Below, piece after piece: positions 1 to 10,250 of a DNA stretch of 64,000 bases. The notes under the pieces were generated by a model. That model was not told the origin of the DNA. It did no database searches and saw nothing but the letters and a program-made list of their open reading frames with translations. The stretch is from IMG/VR virus record IMGVR_UViG_3300027754_005427, positions 22,927-86,926 of that record. One strand, written 5' to 3'. This DNA comes from a virus. The stretch's first letter is position 1; every line of letters begins with the position of its first letter. Made by a program: the position numbers and the translations under genes.

Positions 1-461
1 AAATCTTCATTGAAATCAAAATATTCATTAATAGCTTGCCATCCAAGTAAAATCATTCCCCATTTAGTATTAATCTTATTAACTATATTACTAGTAGTTT
101 CAAATAGATCTTTTGGTATTGTTGAATCATCTTCAAATATTAAGCAATAATCATTTTCTGATTTAGATTCTTTGATAAATCTTCTCCAACACTTTAAATG
201 ACTTAGGTAACAACCAACTGCACCTTCTGTAAGAGATGAATTTGTTTTTCTTTCTTTTTTTGCTATAGCTTCTTTTAATTCTTCTACTGCTTTTTTTGAC
301 ATTTTATGTTCGTAATTTAACCACATACCATTTGTCGTATCGACAGCTTTTATAATATTGATTCTATCATCAATATTATTCCATTCCTTAAGAAATTTTA
401 TTTTTCTATCACTGTTTTTATCAAGGTTAATTACATACGCACCAGTGTATTTTGTAAACAT
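1..461 (-). CDS. GT25 (LPS/collagen galactosyltransferase-like) glycosyltransferase, runs off the window start; missing from the ORF track
   Basis: Read by hand from ATG at 461: MFTKYTGAYVINLDK...KAVD...LTEGAVGCYLSH...CLIFEDDS. Clear paralog of 30987..31706. Confidence 0.85.
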   Translation of the reverse strand, partial: MFTKYTGAYVINLDKNSDRKIKFLKEWNNIDDRINIIKAVDTTNGMWLNYEHKMSKKAVEELKEAIAKKERKTNSSLTEGAVGCYLSHLKCWRRFIKESKSENDYCLIFEDDSTIPKDLFETTSNIVNKINTKWGMILLGWQAINEYFDFNED

Positions 462-465
462 GACA

Positions 466-473
466 TATTTATA
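466..473 (-). promoter_or_regulatory. T4-type late promoter TATAAATA, 4 nt upstream of the ATG at 461
   Basis: The + strand TATTTATA is TATAAATA on the minus strand; no room for a Shine-Dalgarno sequence. Confidence 0.6.
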
Positions 474-494
474 AAGTTTATTTTTTTTTTCTCT

Positions 495-502
495 TATAAA
501 TA
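495..502 (+). promoter_or_regulatory. T4-type late promoter TATAAATA, 4 nt upstream of the ATG at 507
   Basis: Exact TATAAATA, divergent from the copy at 466-473. Confidence 0.6.
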
Positions 503-506
503 TAGA

Positions 507-1196
507 ATGATTGATGGAAATACAAAATTAGTTCATTTTGGCAATGATTGTGCCTCTGGTATCATAATAAATGATATTCTTAATATTAAAGAAAAACAGT
601 TATTTCAACTTGGATTTTACAGCTTCAATGATATATTAGAATATTTAAAAGAATCAAAATACGAAGAAATATACGATAAATCACATTTGTTTTTTGATAA
701 TATTAAAATAACTGAATTTTATAGTGATTTTAATGAATACAAACTTGGGCCGAGTATACTTAATAAAAAATATAATTTTAATTTAAATCATGATTATTTT
801 ATGCAAGACTATAAAATTATGAATTATGAATTCATAGTTAATAGCTTCAACACTAAAATAAAAAACTTCAAAGAATGTTTGGAATTAGAAAACAAAATTA
901 TATTCATTACATTCACTAATGTTGATATAAAATTATTAGAAATGATAAAGTTACTTAAAGAAAAAACCAATAATTGGTTTAAGTTAATAATATTCACCAA
1001 CAATAAAAATTTAAATTACTGCTTTGAGCAGGTAGAATTAATTTATTTGAACAATGAATATGATATTTGGTATTTAAGACCTTTAAAAGATAGACTTGTT
1101 CTCTACAAAGAAATTTACAGTAAATTTTATGAAATTACAATAAAACATATTAAACTGCCATGTTTTGAAGATACATTTTATTACAAAAACTTATAA
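507..1196 (+). CDS. Hypothetical protein, possibly DUF1796 (papain-like) family
   Basis: N-terminal HFGNDC, then LNHD and FNTKIKNF, resembling DUF1796 motifs. Confidence 0.45.
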   Translation: MIDGNTKLVHFGNDCASGIIINDILNIKEKQLFQLGFYSFNDILEYLKESKYEEIYDKSHLFFDNIKITEFYSDFNEYKLGPSILNKKYNFNLNHDYFMQDYKIMNYEFIVNSFNTKIKNFKECLELENKIIFITFTNVDIKLLEMIKLLKEKTNNWFKLIIFTNNKNLNYCFEQVELIYLNNEYDIWYLRPLKDRLVLYKEIYSKFYEITIKHIKLPCFEDTFYYKNL

Positions 1197-1249
1197 TTTT
1201 AAAAAATATGTATTGCATAATACAACTAACCTTTTTATAATGCTAAAAA

Positions 1250-1555
1250 TTGAAAGGATTTACATTTATGAATTATATGATTGCTGGATTTAGTTTTTTA
1301 ATTGGCATTTACTCATTGCCTTTTATGTTTAATGTTTTTGAATCAAAACATGATATATCAAATTTAAAACTATACAATAAAATTGTTTATGTTTTTTCTT
1401 TGTTCTTGTTTGTTACCTTTCCTTTTGTTAATTTTTCTAATTGCTTAGATATATTATATTTTAAATATTATATTTTTTCATATGTATCAGGAGTTTATGG
1501 AATTGCATTTCTGTTATTTTCTTCTTTAGATTTTATCAATATTAAAAAATCTTAA
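1250..1555 (+). CDS. Small multi-TM membrane protein
   Basis: Three hydrophobic stretches in 101 aa; true start may be a downstream ATG. Confidence 0.55.
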   Translation: MKGFTFMNYMIAGFSFLIGIYSLPFMFNVFESKHDISNLKLYNKIVYVFSLFLFVTFPFVNFSNCLDILYFKYYIFSYVSGVYGIAFLLFSSLDFINIKKS

Positions 1556-1571
1556 TTTAAGAGAACTAAAC

Positions 1572-1718
1572 ATGAAAGAAAATGATGAATTAGATAAATT
1601 AAACCATGTTGATTGGTTCATAGTAGTAATACTAATACCTATTATGATAATAATTTCATTTTCTTTTATGATTATAAGGGATATTATTAATATTTTATTT
1701 GGAATAAAAATTTCTTAA
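1572..1718 (+). CDS. Small single-TM protein (48 aa), below the ORF-track cutoff
   Basis: MKENDELDKLNHVDWFIVVILIPIMIIISFSFMIIRDIINILFGIKIS*, preceded by GAGA. Confidence 0.45.
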   Translation: MKENDELDKLNHVDWFIVVILIPIMIIISFSFMIIRDIINILFGIKIS

Positions 1719-1758
1719 TAATACAACAATAATTTAAAGTTAATTGATTATATAATCT

Positions 1759-4200
1759 ATGAACTTTAATTTTCAAGAATGGCTGTTGATATTAGAAGAA
1801 TTAAAACCAAAAGCTTTGGCTTTTAAAATACTTGGTAATACAGTAGATAAAACTGGCAAGCCTGTTCTTAGTACTGATCCTAACATTATAAAAACAACAA
1901 ATGAATTCAATAAGATATTTACCGCTTCTGGTATTCCTGAAGCACAACAAAAAAACATTTATCCAACGGCAGCTTATGTGTACAAAACAAACCCATCAGT
2001 TAGCGAAGGAGAATTCTCTCAAGATTTAAAAGATTATTATAAATTTGTAATAGCCAACCAACTTCCTGTTTTATCATTTAATGATGATGGAAATGTAACT
2101 GGTAATAATATTATAGGAAAATCTAAAAGTGAAGGAAATCCATATTTGCATTATGCTGATTGGGCAACTATTATACATACTAAAAATAGCGAAAGTGAAG
2201 ATGAAGTAAAAAAGAAATTCCACCAAACTTTATACAAATCTACAGGTGATGTAAGCGATCAAGAACTAGTTGCAAAATCACCAGATGAAAAGATAAAGGT
2301 TTATAAATCTAATGCAGTTGACAAGTGTATTATTCTTGGTAGAGGTCAAAAGTTTTGCATATCTCAACCTGGCAATTCAATGTTTCAATCTTACAGGAAT
2401 ACCAAAGATTCAACTTTCTACTTTGTTTATGATAATACAAGAAACGATGATCTTAAAGTAGTTGTAGTTGATGCCACAATAAGTAAAATTGAAATTACTG
2501 ATAGCTCAAATAGAACAGATAAATTCATGCAAGATCCATATGTAACCGATAAAGTAACAGAAATAACCTCAAATTCAAAATTATACTTAAAATATTTAAA
2601 AGAAAAAGGCGTTGATATAACTGTATTTAAAAACGAGCAAAGAACAGCAAAAGAAAATGAAGAACATGAAAAATTAGGTAAGGAAAATAAAGACTTAGCA
2701 TGGTTTAAATCTTTAACATATGAAGAAAAGAAAAACTATGTTGGCAGAGGACACAGACTTTCAAGTGAACAATTTAATTGGCTAGTTTCAATTAACTCTG
2801 AACCACTTTTAAAACAACATTTATCACTTGGTATAGTTTTGTATGGTAAGCAGTTGAACCTTGTTCTTAATGATCCTTATTTTAAAGATTTAAAATTAAA
2901 TTATCTTAACGCAAGAATGAATGGTCTTCCAGAAAGACAGCTAGCAATAAAAGAATATTTAGCCATGCCACCAAAATACAAACAAGAGTTGGCAGAAAAA
3001 TATGGAGATAAACTTAAAGATTATATTAATGTTAATAAGCTTCATGTTTTAGAATATATTAATCTTAAAGAAGAAGAAAAAACAGAAATTGAAAGATTGT
3101 TTAATTATGGTGACAATCTTGTCAAAAATATTCAGAGAAAATTAGGCATTGAATATTATATTGATCTTCCAGAAGATAAAAAAATAGAAGTGCGAAAAAT
3201 ATATGGAGCACAACTTCTAGAAGAAATTGAAAATTTTAACCTTGAATACTATCTTGATCTTTCAGAGGATAAAAAAACAGAATTGAAAAAATTATTTTTA
3301 TACACTGATGCTAATAATGGCTCTAGACTACTTCAAAACAAAATTCAAAGATTTGACATTCAAACTTATCTTGATCTACCAGAAGATAAAAAAATAGAAA
3401 CAAAAAAGTTATTTGGAAAATATATTAAAAACCAGATATCTCCATACTCTTATGGTGGATTGTTTGCAAAGTATATACATAACCCAACTTTAGAATTTAC
3501 TGATGAAGAAAAAGAATTGATTAATTGTGGAACACAAACTTTCTTAATCGATATTTTAGACCAACCAAACAAAAACAATGTTAAATTTATGACTAAAATG
3601 CTTGAAACATGTCCAAACGCAGTAGATTTTCAGTATTTAAATGACAGACACGCATTAACTACCATATTTCAAGAACTCAAGGGTGAAAAAGTTAAATTTA
3701 TAAATTTACTGCATCTTTTAAGTAATTATTCAAATCAAATGCGATTGGATAATATAGATATTATATTTAATTACATGATTAACATTCTTGGTAATGTTTC
3801 TAAATACATATTTATGTTTAGAAAATTCTTTGAAAAGTTTGCTTCAGATTTAAGCAGTGCCAGCAGTCACGATAGATACGAAGGTTCGCAACATCATTCT
3901 AAAGTAGAGAAGAATTTCTTTAATGAAAATAAAACTCTTAAGTTGTTTAGAAAAATATTTGATGGAAATCCATATCATATGGAAAAATATAGTACAAATG
4001 ATTTAATTTCAACTATGAAATTTATTGTAGATACAATTGGAAAAGAAAAGTTTCCAAGAACTACAAGAGATTTAATAAAAGAAAAAGCTGGAGAAGAAGG
4101 TTATAAATCTATATTCCCAGAAGAAGAAACAGAAACATCTCCAGCAGATTACGATAAAGCATACACAAGAGATTCTACTAGAGAAGCAAGGATTATATAA
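1759..4200 (+). CDS. Large putative virion-internal protein with about 4 helical repeats; paralog 1
   Basis: N-terminus MNFNFQEWLLILEE (capsid-targeting-like); CISQPGN..F..YR domain; YxDLPEDKK repeats. Confidence 0.7.
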   Translation: MNFNFQEWLLILEELKPKALAFKILGNTVDKTGKPVLSTDPNIIKTTNEFNKIFTASGIPEAQQKNIYPTAAYVYKTNPSVSEGEFSQDLKDYYKFVIANQLPVLSFNDDGNVTGNNIIGKSKSEGNPYLHYADWATIIHTKNSESEDEVKKKFHQTLYKSTGDVSDQELVAKSPDEKIKVYKSNAVDKCIILGRGQKFCISQPGNSMFQSYRNTKDSTFYFVYDNTRNDDLKVVVVDATISKIEITDSSNRTDKFMQDPYVTDKVTEITSNSKLYLKYLKEKGVDITVFKNEQRTAKENEEHEKLGKENKDLAWFKSLTYEEKKNYVGRGHRLSSEQFNWLVSINSEPLLKQHLSLGIVLYGKQLNLVLNDPYFKDLKLNYLNARMNGLPERQLAIKEYLAMPPKYKQELAEKYGDKLKDYINVNKLHVLEYINLKEEEKTEIERLFNYGDNLVKNIQRKLGIEYYIDLPEDKKIEVRKIYGAQLLEEIENFNLEYYLDLSEDKKTELKKLFLYTDANNGSRLLQNKIQRFDIQTYLDLPEDKKIETKKLFGKYIKNQISPYSYGGLFAKYIHNPTLEFTDEEKELINCGTQTFLIDILDQPNKNNVKFMTKMLETCPNAVDFQYLNDRHALTTIFQELKGEKVKFINLLHLLSNYSNQMRLDNIDIIFNYMINILGNVSKYIFMFRKFFEKFASDLSSASSHDRYEGSQHHSKVEKNFFNENKTLKLFRKIFDGNPYHMEKYSTNDLISTMKFIVDTIGKEKFPRTTRDLIKEKAGEEGYKSIFPEEETETSPADYDKAYTRDSTREARII

Positions 4201-4203
4201 TCT

Positions 4204-6960
4204 ATGAACTTTAATTTTCAAGAATGGCTGTTAATATTAGAAGAATTAAAACCAAAGGCTTTGGCTTTTAAAATACTTGGCAATACAGTAGATAATGCTG
4301 GCAAGCCTGTACTTAGTACTGATCCTAATATTATAAAAACAACAAATGAATTCAATAAGATATTTTCTGCTTCAATTCCTGAAGCACAACAAAAAAACAT
4401 TTATCCAACAGCAGCTTATGTGTATAAAACAAATCCATCAGTTGGCGAAGCAGAATTCTCTCAAGATTTAAAAGATTATTATAAATTTGTAATAGCCAAC
4501 CAACTTCCTGTTTTATCATTTAATGATGATGGAAATGTAACTGGGAACTATATTATAGGAAAGCCAAAAGATACAGGAAATCCATATTCACATTATATTC
4601 ATTGGGCATCTGCTGTACATTCTAAAAATAGCGAAAATGAAGATGAAGAAAAAAAGAAATTTCACCAAAGCTTACAAAAATCTACAGGTGATGTAAGTGA
4701 TCAAGAATTAGTTGCAAAATCACCAGATGAAAAGATAAAGGTTTATAAAGCTAACGCAGTAGACAAGTGTATTATTCTTGGTAGAGGTCAAAAGTTTTGC
4801 ATATCTCAACCTGGTAATTCACAATTTCATGGTTACAGGAATACCAAAGATTCAACTTTCTACTTTGTTTATGATAATACAAGAAATGATGATCTTAAAG
4901 TAGTTGTAGTTGATGCCACAAGAAGAGGTATTGAAATTACTGATGGAAAAAACGACACAGCAAAAACTATGCAAGATCCATATGAAACTACACCAAAAAT
5001 AATAACATCAAATTCAGATTTATACTTAAAATATTTAAAAGAAAAAGGTGTTGATACAACTGTCTTTAAAAATGAACGAAAAACACCAAAGGAAGAAGCA
5101 GAAAACGAAAAATTAGGTAAGGGTAATCTTGAATTAGCATGGTTTAGATCTTTAACATATGAAGAAAGAAAGAACTATATTGGAAGAGGACATACTCTTT
5201 CAGATGAACAATTTAATTTTCTATTTACAACTAGATCTGAGCCACTTTTAAAAATATATGTATCAACTGGTATAATTTTGTATAGTGAGCAGTTGAACCT
5301 TGTTCTTAACAATCCTTATTTTAAAGATTTAAAATTAAATTATCTTAATGCAAGAATGCATAATTTTCCAAATAAACATCTGTTTGCAGAAGAATATTTA
5401 GCCATGCCACCAAAACAAAAACAAGAATTAGTAGAAAAATATGGAGATAAACTTAAAGATTATATAGAAATTAAAAATATTAAAATTAAATATTATGTTA
5501 ATTTACCAGAAGATAAAAAAACTGAAATTAAAAACTTATTTGGAAATGATTTTTTTAATTCAATGTTAAATAATTCTAGGTATTCTCTTAAGATTGAAGA
5601 TTATCTTAATTTACCAGAAGATAAAAAGACCGAAATTAAAAATTTATCTAAAGATAATGTTTATCATTTATTTGGATATCAGTCTACTAAAGTTGAAGAT
5701 TATCTTAGTTTACCAGAAGATAAAAGAACCGAACTCGAAAACTTACTTGGAGATAATTATAAAAGATTAATAATATTTAATTCAATTAACATTGAAGATT
5801 ATCTTAATTTCCCAGAAAATAAAAAAGCTGAAATTAAAAACTTACTTGGAAATGATTCTAAAGATTTAATAAAATATCAGTCTATTAAAATTGAAGATTA
5901 TCTTAATTTCCCAGAAGATAAAAAAACTGAAATTAAAAACTTTCTTGGGTATAATTATAGAGATTTAATAATGTATAGGTCTATTAAAATTGAAGATTAT
6001 CTTAATTTCCCAGAAAATAAAAAAGCAGAAATTAAAAAATTATTTGGAGATAGTTTCAAAAGTTATCTAATTTCAGATCATAGTGGTAGTTATATTAAAG
6101 CCGAAGATTATCTTAATTTACCAGAAGATAAAAAAACTGAAATTAAAAACTTTCTTGGAGATAGTTTCAAAGATTATGTATCAAATTTTTATGATTTATT
6201 TAGAAAATATGAAAAAAATCCAAGTTTGGAATTTAATGATGAAATAAAAAATTTAATTACTTGTAAAAATGCTGATTTTGTATCTGAAATTTTAAGACAA
6301 CCAAACAAAAACAATGTTAAGTTTTTGACTGATTTTTTAAGATCAAGTTGTAAAGGTTTAATAGATGATATATTAAGTAGCGGTGATAGTATTAGGGATA
6401 CATTTGATGAATTTTACGATAAAAAATTTAAAAGTATAGACAAAGTTAAAGTTATAAATTTATTGCATCTTTTAAGTACTTATTCAAATCAAATGCCAAT
6501 GAGAAATATATCAAATTTAATTAGCAATATTAGAGCTTATCTTGGTAGTAGTTCTAAATACATTGTTATGTTCAGAAAATTCTTCCAGAATTTTGCTTCA
6601 AAATTACAAGATGCCAAAGAAGTTAATCGTGATCAAGAAGACATGCATCATTCTGATGTAAGTAAAAATCATGAAAACACTAGTATAAAATTATTTGCAG
6701 ATATCTTAAGTTCTTTTGGAAAAATATTAGATAAAGATGCAATTTCAACTATTAAATTCATTGTAGATACAATTGGAAACGAAAAGATCCCAAGAACTAC
6801 AAGGGATTTAATAAAAGAAAAAGCTGGAGAAGAAGGTTATAAATCTATATTCCCAGAACAACAGCAACAACAACAAGCATCTCCAGAAGATTACGATAAA
6901 GCATACAGAGGAGATTCTACTAGAGAAGGAAGAGATTATAAGATGAATCGCTTAAGATAA
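4204..6960 (+). CDS. Large putative virion-internal protein with about 7 helical repeats; tandem paralog 2
   Basis: Near-identical N-terminal ~400 aa and C-terminus to 1759..4200, with an expanded IEDYLNxPEDKKTEIKNxLG repeat region. Confidence 0.7.
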   Translation: MNFNFQEWLLILEELKPKALAFKILGNTVDNAGKPVLSTDPNIIKTTNEFNKIFSASIPEAQQKNIYPTAAYVYKTNPSVGEAEFSQDLKDYYKFVIANQLPVLSFNDDGNVTGNYIIGKPKDTGNPYSHYIHWASAVHSKNSENEDEEKKKFHQSLQKSTGDVSDQELVAKSPDEKIKVYKANAVDKCIILGRGQKFCISQPGNSQFHGYRNTKDSTFYFVYDNTRNDDLKVVVVDATRRGIEITDGKNDTAKTMQDPYETTPKIITSNSDLYLKYLKEKGVDTTVFKNERKTPKEEAENEKLGKGNLELAWFRSLTYEERKNYIGRGHTLSDEQFNFLFTTRSEPLLKIYVSTGIILYSEQLNLVLNNPYFKDLKLNYLNARMHNFPNKHLFAEEYLAMPPKQKQELVEKYGDKLKDYIEIKNIKIKYYVNLPEDKKTEIKNLFGNDFFNSMLNNSRYSLKIEDYLNLPEDKKTEIKNLSKDNVYHLFGYQSTKVEDYLSLPEDKRTELENLLGDNYKRLIIFNSINIEDYLNFPENKKAEIKNLLGNDSKDLIKYQSIKIEDYLNFPEDKKTEIKNFLGYNYRDLIMYRSIKIEDYLNFPENKKAEIKKLFGDSFKSYLISDHSGSYIKAEDYLNLPEDKKTEIKNFLGDSFKDYVSNFYDLFRKYEKNPSLEFNDEIKNLITCKNADFVSEILRQPNKNNVKFLTDFLRSSCKGLIDDILSSGDSIRDTFDEFYDKKFKSIDKVKVINLLHLLSTYSNQMPMRNISNLISNIRAYLGSSSKYIVMFRKFFQNFASKLQDAKEVNRDQEDMHHSDVSKNHENTSIKLFADILSSFGKILDKDAISTIKFIVDTIGNEKIPRTTRDLIKEKAGEEGYKSIFPEQQQQQQASPEDYDKAYRGDSTREGRDYKMNRLR
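5485..6159 (+). repeat. Coding tandem repeat, about 33-37 aa unit, 7 copies
   Basis: Recurrent GAAGATTATCTTAATTT..CCAGAA..TAAAAAA..GAAATTAAAAA. Confidence 0.85.
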
Positions 6961-6965
6961 TAACC

Positions 6966-7787
6966 TTATTTTTTCTTTACTTCTGTTTGATTTAAAATTT
7001 CTTTATAATCTTCAATATTATTGAATGCTATTAAAAATCCGCTATTGTGACAAAAATTAGCTTTTTCATTAGGTGAAAATTTAACTATATCAACATTGTT
7101 ACTTACCATTCTGTATCCACCTTTTTTATTTCTACTATCTATAGTTAATATAACATCAACTTCAATTTTCCTGTCTTTGCAATACTTTTTAGTTGGAAGA
7201 TTTTCAATTTTAAATCCATCTTTTATTTTGCAATTAGTTAAATCTAATATTTTAATATTATTAAACAAAAAATGCTTTACACCATCTTCTATAATTTGCA
7301 TAAATTCTTTATTGTTTTCAATTTCTTCACAAATAGATTTTCCAATTTCTTTCATTAGTGAATATATTGGATCAGTAATTTCCCCAGTAATTTTAGAAAA
7401 AACTGATAAGATAGAGTTCCTAATAGGACTGAATATTATATTTAAACTTTCTTCAGATACATTGGCAAACTTTGCTGCTGCTTTTTGTCCATAACTATCA
7501 TATATTTCAACAAATTTAAGTTGCGGAAAATCTTCTCTGTAATCTTTTCCATAAAGATAATCAAGAACCATAGTAAAGCCACAAATTTGTTCCTTTATGT
7601 GATGATGATCAAAATTATGTAACTCTGGATTAAAAGATAATCCTTGATCAACAACCCAATATAAAGCACTTTCTAAATGTTCTGTAGTAGCTTTTGTTCT
7701 TAATGCTCTTTGATTTGTTTTATATATTAATACACAAGTAGCTAAGAAATCATCTTCATGTGCTCTTCCATCATGTACAATTATCAT
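6966..7787 (-). CDS. MYG1-family metal-dependent hydrolase/exonuclease
   Basis: HDGRAHEDD, VVDQG, FDHHH and FCHNSGF motifs in the MYG1 order. Confidence 0.8.
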   Translation of the reverse strand: MIIVHDGRAHEDDFLATCVLIYKTNQRALRTKATTEHLESALYWVVDQGLSFNPELHNFDHHHIKEQICGFTMVLDYLYGKDYREDFPQLKFVEIYDSYGQKAAAKFANVSEESLNIIFSPIRNSILSVFSKITGEITDPIYSLMKEIGKSICEEIENNKEFMQIIEDGVKHFLFNNIKILDLTNCKIKDGFKIENLPTKKYCKDRKIEVDVILTIDSRNKKGGYRMVSNNVDIVKFSPNEKANFCHNSGFLIAFNNIEDYKEILNQTEVKKK

Positions 7788-7936
7788 AATTGAACCTTTT
7801 ATTAAAAAATTAAATTTATTATATTTAATTTATAAGATAAGACTAATTATGTCAAGTTTAATAAAAATATACTTGCAATTATTAAATGTTAATATTAATA
7901 TGCTTAATAACAATATTTAAAAACTTAAGGATATTT

Positions 7937-8605
7937 ATGAATATTATTGATTTTACAAATGACCTTGATAAAACTAATTTAACCTTTAGGGAAGTTGAAG
8001 AGCAGATAAAAAACTTCACATTAGATTTTACAGGTACAAAAAATGAAGAATCAGAATATAGAATAAGTTTTCCAAGATACATTACGCCTTTTTACGAATA
8101 TGTTTTCAACAAACAAATTGTTCCAACTCAAATTCATTATGTTAATTATCTTTACATATCAAAAAACATTGAATGGCTTAATGAACAAAAATTCTCAGAT
8201 AAAATCATGAGAGGCTTGGAATTTAGACTAAAACAAACTTATCCATCTTTAGTAAGAGATTTACACTTTTGTTTATTTTTAAAAGAGAAAAGCAATTTTG
8301 ATAATATTATTTACAATATAGATTTAGACTTTAAACATGGAATAGATATTTTAATTAAAAAAGAAAATAAAAATTTTGGTGTCAATCTTTATACTAGTAC
8401 TAGAAGAGGAATGGAATTTAGAGAGAAGAAAAGTAAGAGGCACACATATTTTGATGATGTTTCAAACATAGAGTTACCAGTAGATTTTCACGGAAGTAGA
8501 ATATGCGGTAATTTCTTTTTATATGGTGACAGAGAAATGAATTTATTATCAAAAATAATTGATAGTAAATTACAATTAGAAAAAGAAATATCTTACAATC
8601 TATGA
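7937..8605 (+). CDS. Putative PD-(D/E)xK endonuclease, TaqI-like; start moved to ATG 7937
   Basis: YPSLVRDLHF and LDFKHGIDILI motifs; AAGGA RBS before 7937. Confidence 0.45.
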   Translation: MNIIDFTNDLDKTNLTFREVEEQIKNFTLDFTGTKNEESEYRISFPRYITPFYEYVFNKQIVPTQIHYVNYLYISKNIEWLNEQKFSDKIMRGLEFRLKQTYPSLVRDLHFCLFLKEKSNFDNIIYNIDLDFKHGIDILIKKENKNFGVNLYTSTRRGMEFREKKSKRHTYFDDVSNIELPVDFHGSRICGNFFLYGDREMNLLSKIIDSKLQLEKEISYNL

Positions 8606-8802
8606 GCTTTTTTTATATTCTTTAAAATTCCGTTGGCTAATTTAACAATTAAATCAGAGATTTCTATATCTCTATTAGAAATTTTGTTTTCAACAATATC
8701 ATTGTAAATAATTTGAGATGCTTTTTTCAAAGCATCTATTTGATTTAATACTTCAATTTTATTTTCAATAATAATACCCACGGCTTTATTAACATTAATC
8801 AT
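8593..8802 (-). CDS. Hypothetical protein
   Basis: Overlaps the upstream gene end in an operon-like arrangement. Confidence 0.5.
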   Translation of the reverse strand: MINVNKAVGIIIENKIEVLNQIDALKKASQIIYNDIVENKISNRDIEISDLIVKLANGILKNIKKAHRL

Positions 8803-9307
8803 TTTGACAAGTATTATAAAGTTTAAATATTTCGTTATCTAAGGTTTGTAATTTAGAAGGTTCTTTTTCCGATAAAAAACATTCATCGTCAAAGTATTCT
8901 GGTTTATTATTTAATAAGTATCTGCCATCAAACATTACTATGAGTTGATCATTATATTTACCAACAAAATCATCAATTGATTGCACTTCTTCTTTTATAG
9001 AATTGTATTTTGAAGTTTCAGCAACCATAAAAACAATTTGATTGTATTCAACTTTATTATCTTTATTTTTTCTAAGGACTGTGAATCCACTTTTTGAAGT
9101 TCCAATATATTCAATTATATTAGAAGCAATGTATTCAATTGATTCTTCGATTGTAGTTCCGTTACCAAAATCAATTAAGCTATTTGCATTTTCAATTACG
9201 CTATATCTAAATGGATAATTTTGATAATTCTGATCTAGCCACTTTCTGGTGTCTGAAATTAATTCTGTTATATTTTTATAGTTTTTAACTTCATGCATTT
9301 GGCACAT
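8795..9307 (-). CDS. Hypothetical protein
   Basis: 170 aa ORF with typical composition; AAGGA upstream. Confidence 0.6.
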   Translation of the reverse strand: MCQMHEVKNYKNITELISDTRKWLDQNYQNYPFRYSVIENANSLIDFGNGTTIEESIEYIASNIIEYIGTSKSGFTVLRKNKDNKVEYNQIVFMVAETSKYNSIKEEVQSIDDFVGKYNDQLIVMFDGRYLLNNKPEYFDDECFLSEKEPSKLQTLDNEIFKLYNTCQND

Positions 9308-9394
9308 CCTTTTGTTTTTAGAATTCGACTACATGTTTATTATATAAAAAATGTAATCAAAAGCAATTTTAGTTATTAAGTTTTATTTAAAAAG

Positions 9395-9907
9395 CTAAAA
9401 TGTTTTTTTCTTAACAAACCAAGCATATGGAGATATTCCGCATAGTTTAGAAGTACCGCATGCTTCACAATATCCTTTGTGATATTGTAAATAATACTGT
9501 GCAAAAATATCTTTGTTGTACCATGTATGTTGACCATATATGTCATTTATACAAAATAAACTTTCTTCAGTCATTTCACTTATTATGAAAAAATGGCCTT
9601 CTATTTTTTTAAAATCAAACATAAATGTTGATTTCATTATTATTATGTGATTTGAATTTAGAGCATCTTCTATTTCTTTTATAGTTGGTAAGTTTTTACA
9701 TTTTACATCGATGCCACTAATACTATTTAAACTTTTTTCAAAATATGGTTGATGTGTTCCTTCTTTTGTACACTTGCATTTTCTTTTATATTTAGAATAA
9801 TCTTTATTATAATTAATTTCTATTTCAAGCCATTTCAATACATTTAATATAGCAACTGGACCGCATGATGATTTGTTTTTTTGTGCAATCCATCTTGTTG
9901 TTGTCAT
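9395..9907 (-). CDS. Peptidase C39-like cysteine protease
   Basis: Q-x4-SCGP catalytic Cys motif, GHFFII His, downstream ND; GAGG RBS. Confidence 0.7.
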   Translation of the reverse strand: MTTTRWIAQKNKSSCGPVAILNVLKWLEIEINYNKDYSKYKRKCKCTKEGTHQPYFEKSLNSISGIDVKCKNLPTIKEIEDALNSNHIIIMKSTFMFDFKKIEGHFFIISEMTEESLFCINDIYGQHTWYNKDIFAQYYLQYHKGYCEACGTSKLCGISPYAWFVKKKTF

Positions 9908-9961
9908 ATTACACCTCGTATTAAGAATTGTAATTTATTTATTCATAATTAATCAAATAAA

Positions 9962-10117
9962 TTATGTGCTTTCTTCTAAATTTATAGTTTCTTCATGTAA
10001 TCCATAAGGACAATTTTTGCAGCCACTTTTGCAACATTTGCCTCTTTTTAATAGAAATTCCTTAGTAAACACCATTAATCCATTTTCATCGTAATAAAAG
10101 TCTATGTTTTCTTGCAT
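9962..10117 (-). CDS. Small Cys-rich DUF5522-like protein (51 aa), missing from the ORF track
   Basis: Read by hand: MQENIDFYYDENGLMVFTKEFLLKRGKCCKSGCKNCPYG... Confidence 0.8.
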   Translation of the reverse strand: MQENIDFYYDENGLMVFTKEFLLKRGKCCKSGCKNCPYGLHEETINLEEST

Positions 10118-10250
10118 TTTTATTAAATTTCACTTATTTTATATTAAAAATTAATAATATTATTCATCTTTTTAAAAGTTAAAGGCAATTTTCAATGTTT
10201 TCTCTTATTTTTTACCAAACAATATTACTTTTATTAATTAATACTATCAA

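Noticed and set aside
1773-4400. Paired short antisense ORFs (1773..1958, 4218..4400)
   Set aside because: They repeat only because the sense genes are duplicated; no independent evidence of expression.
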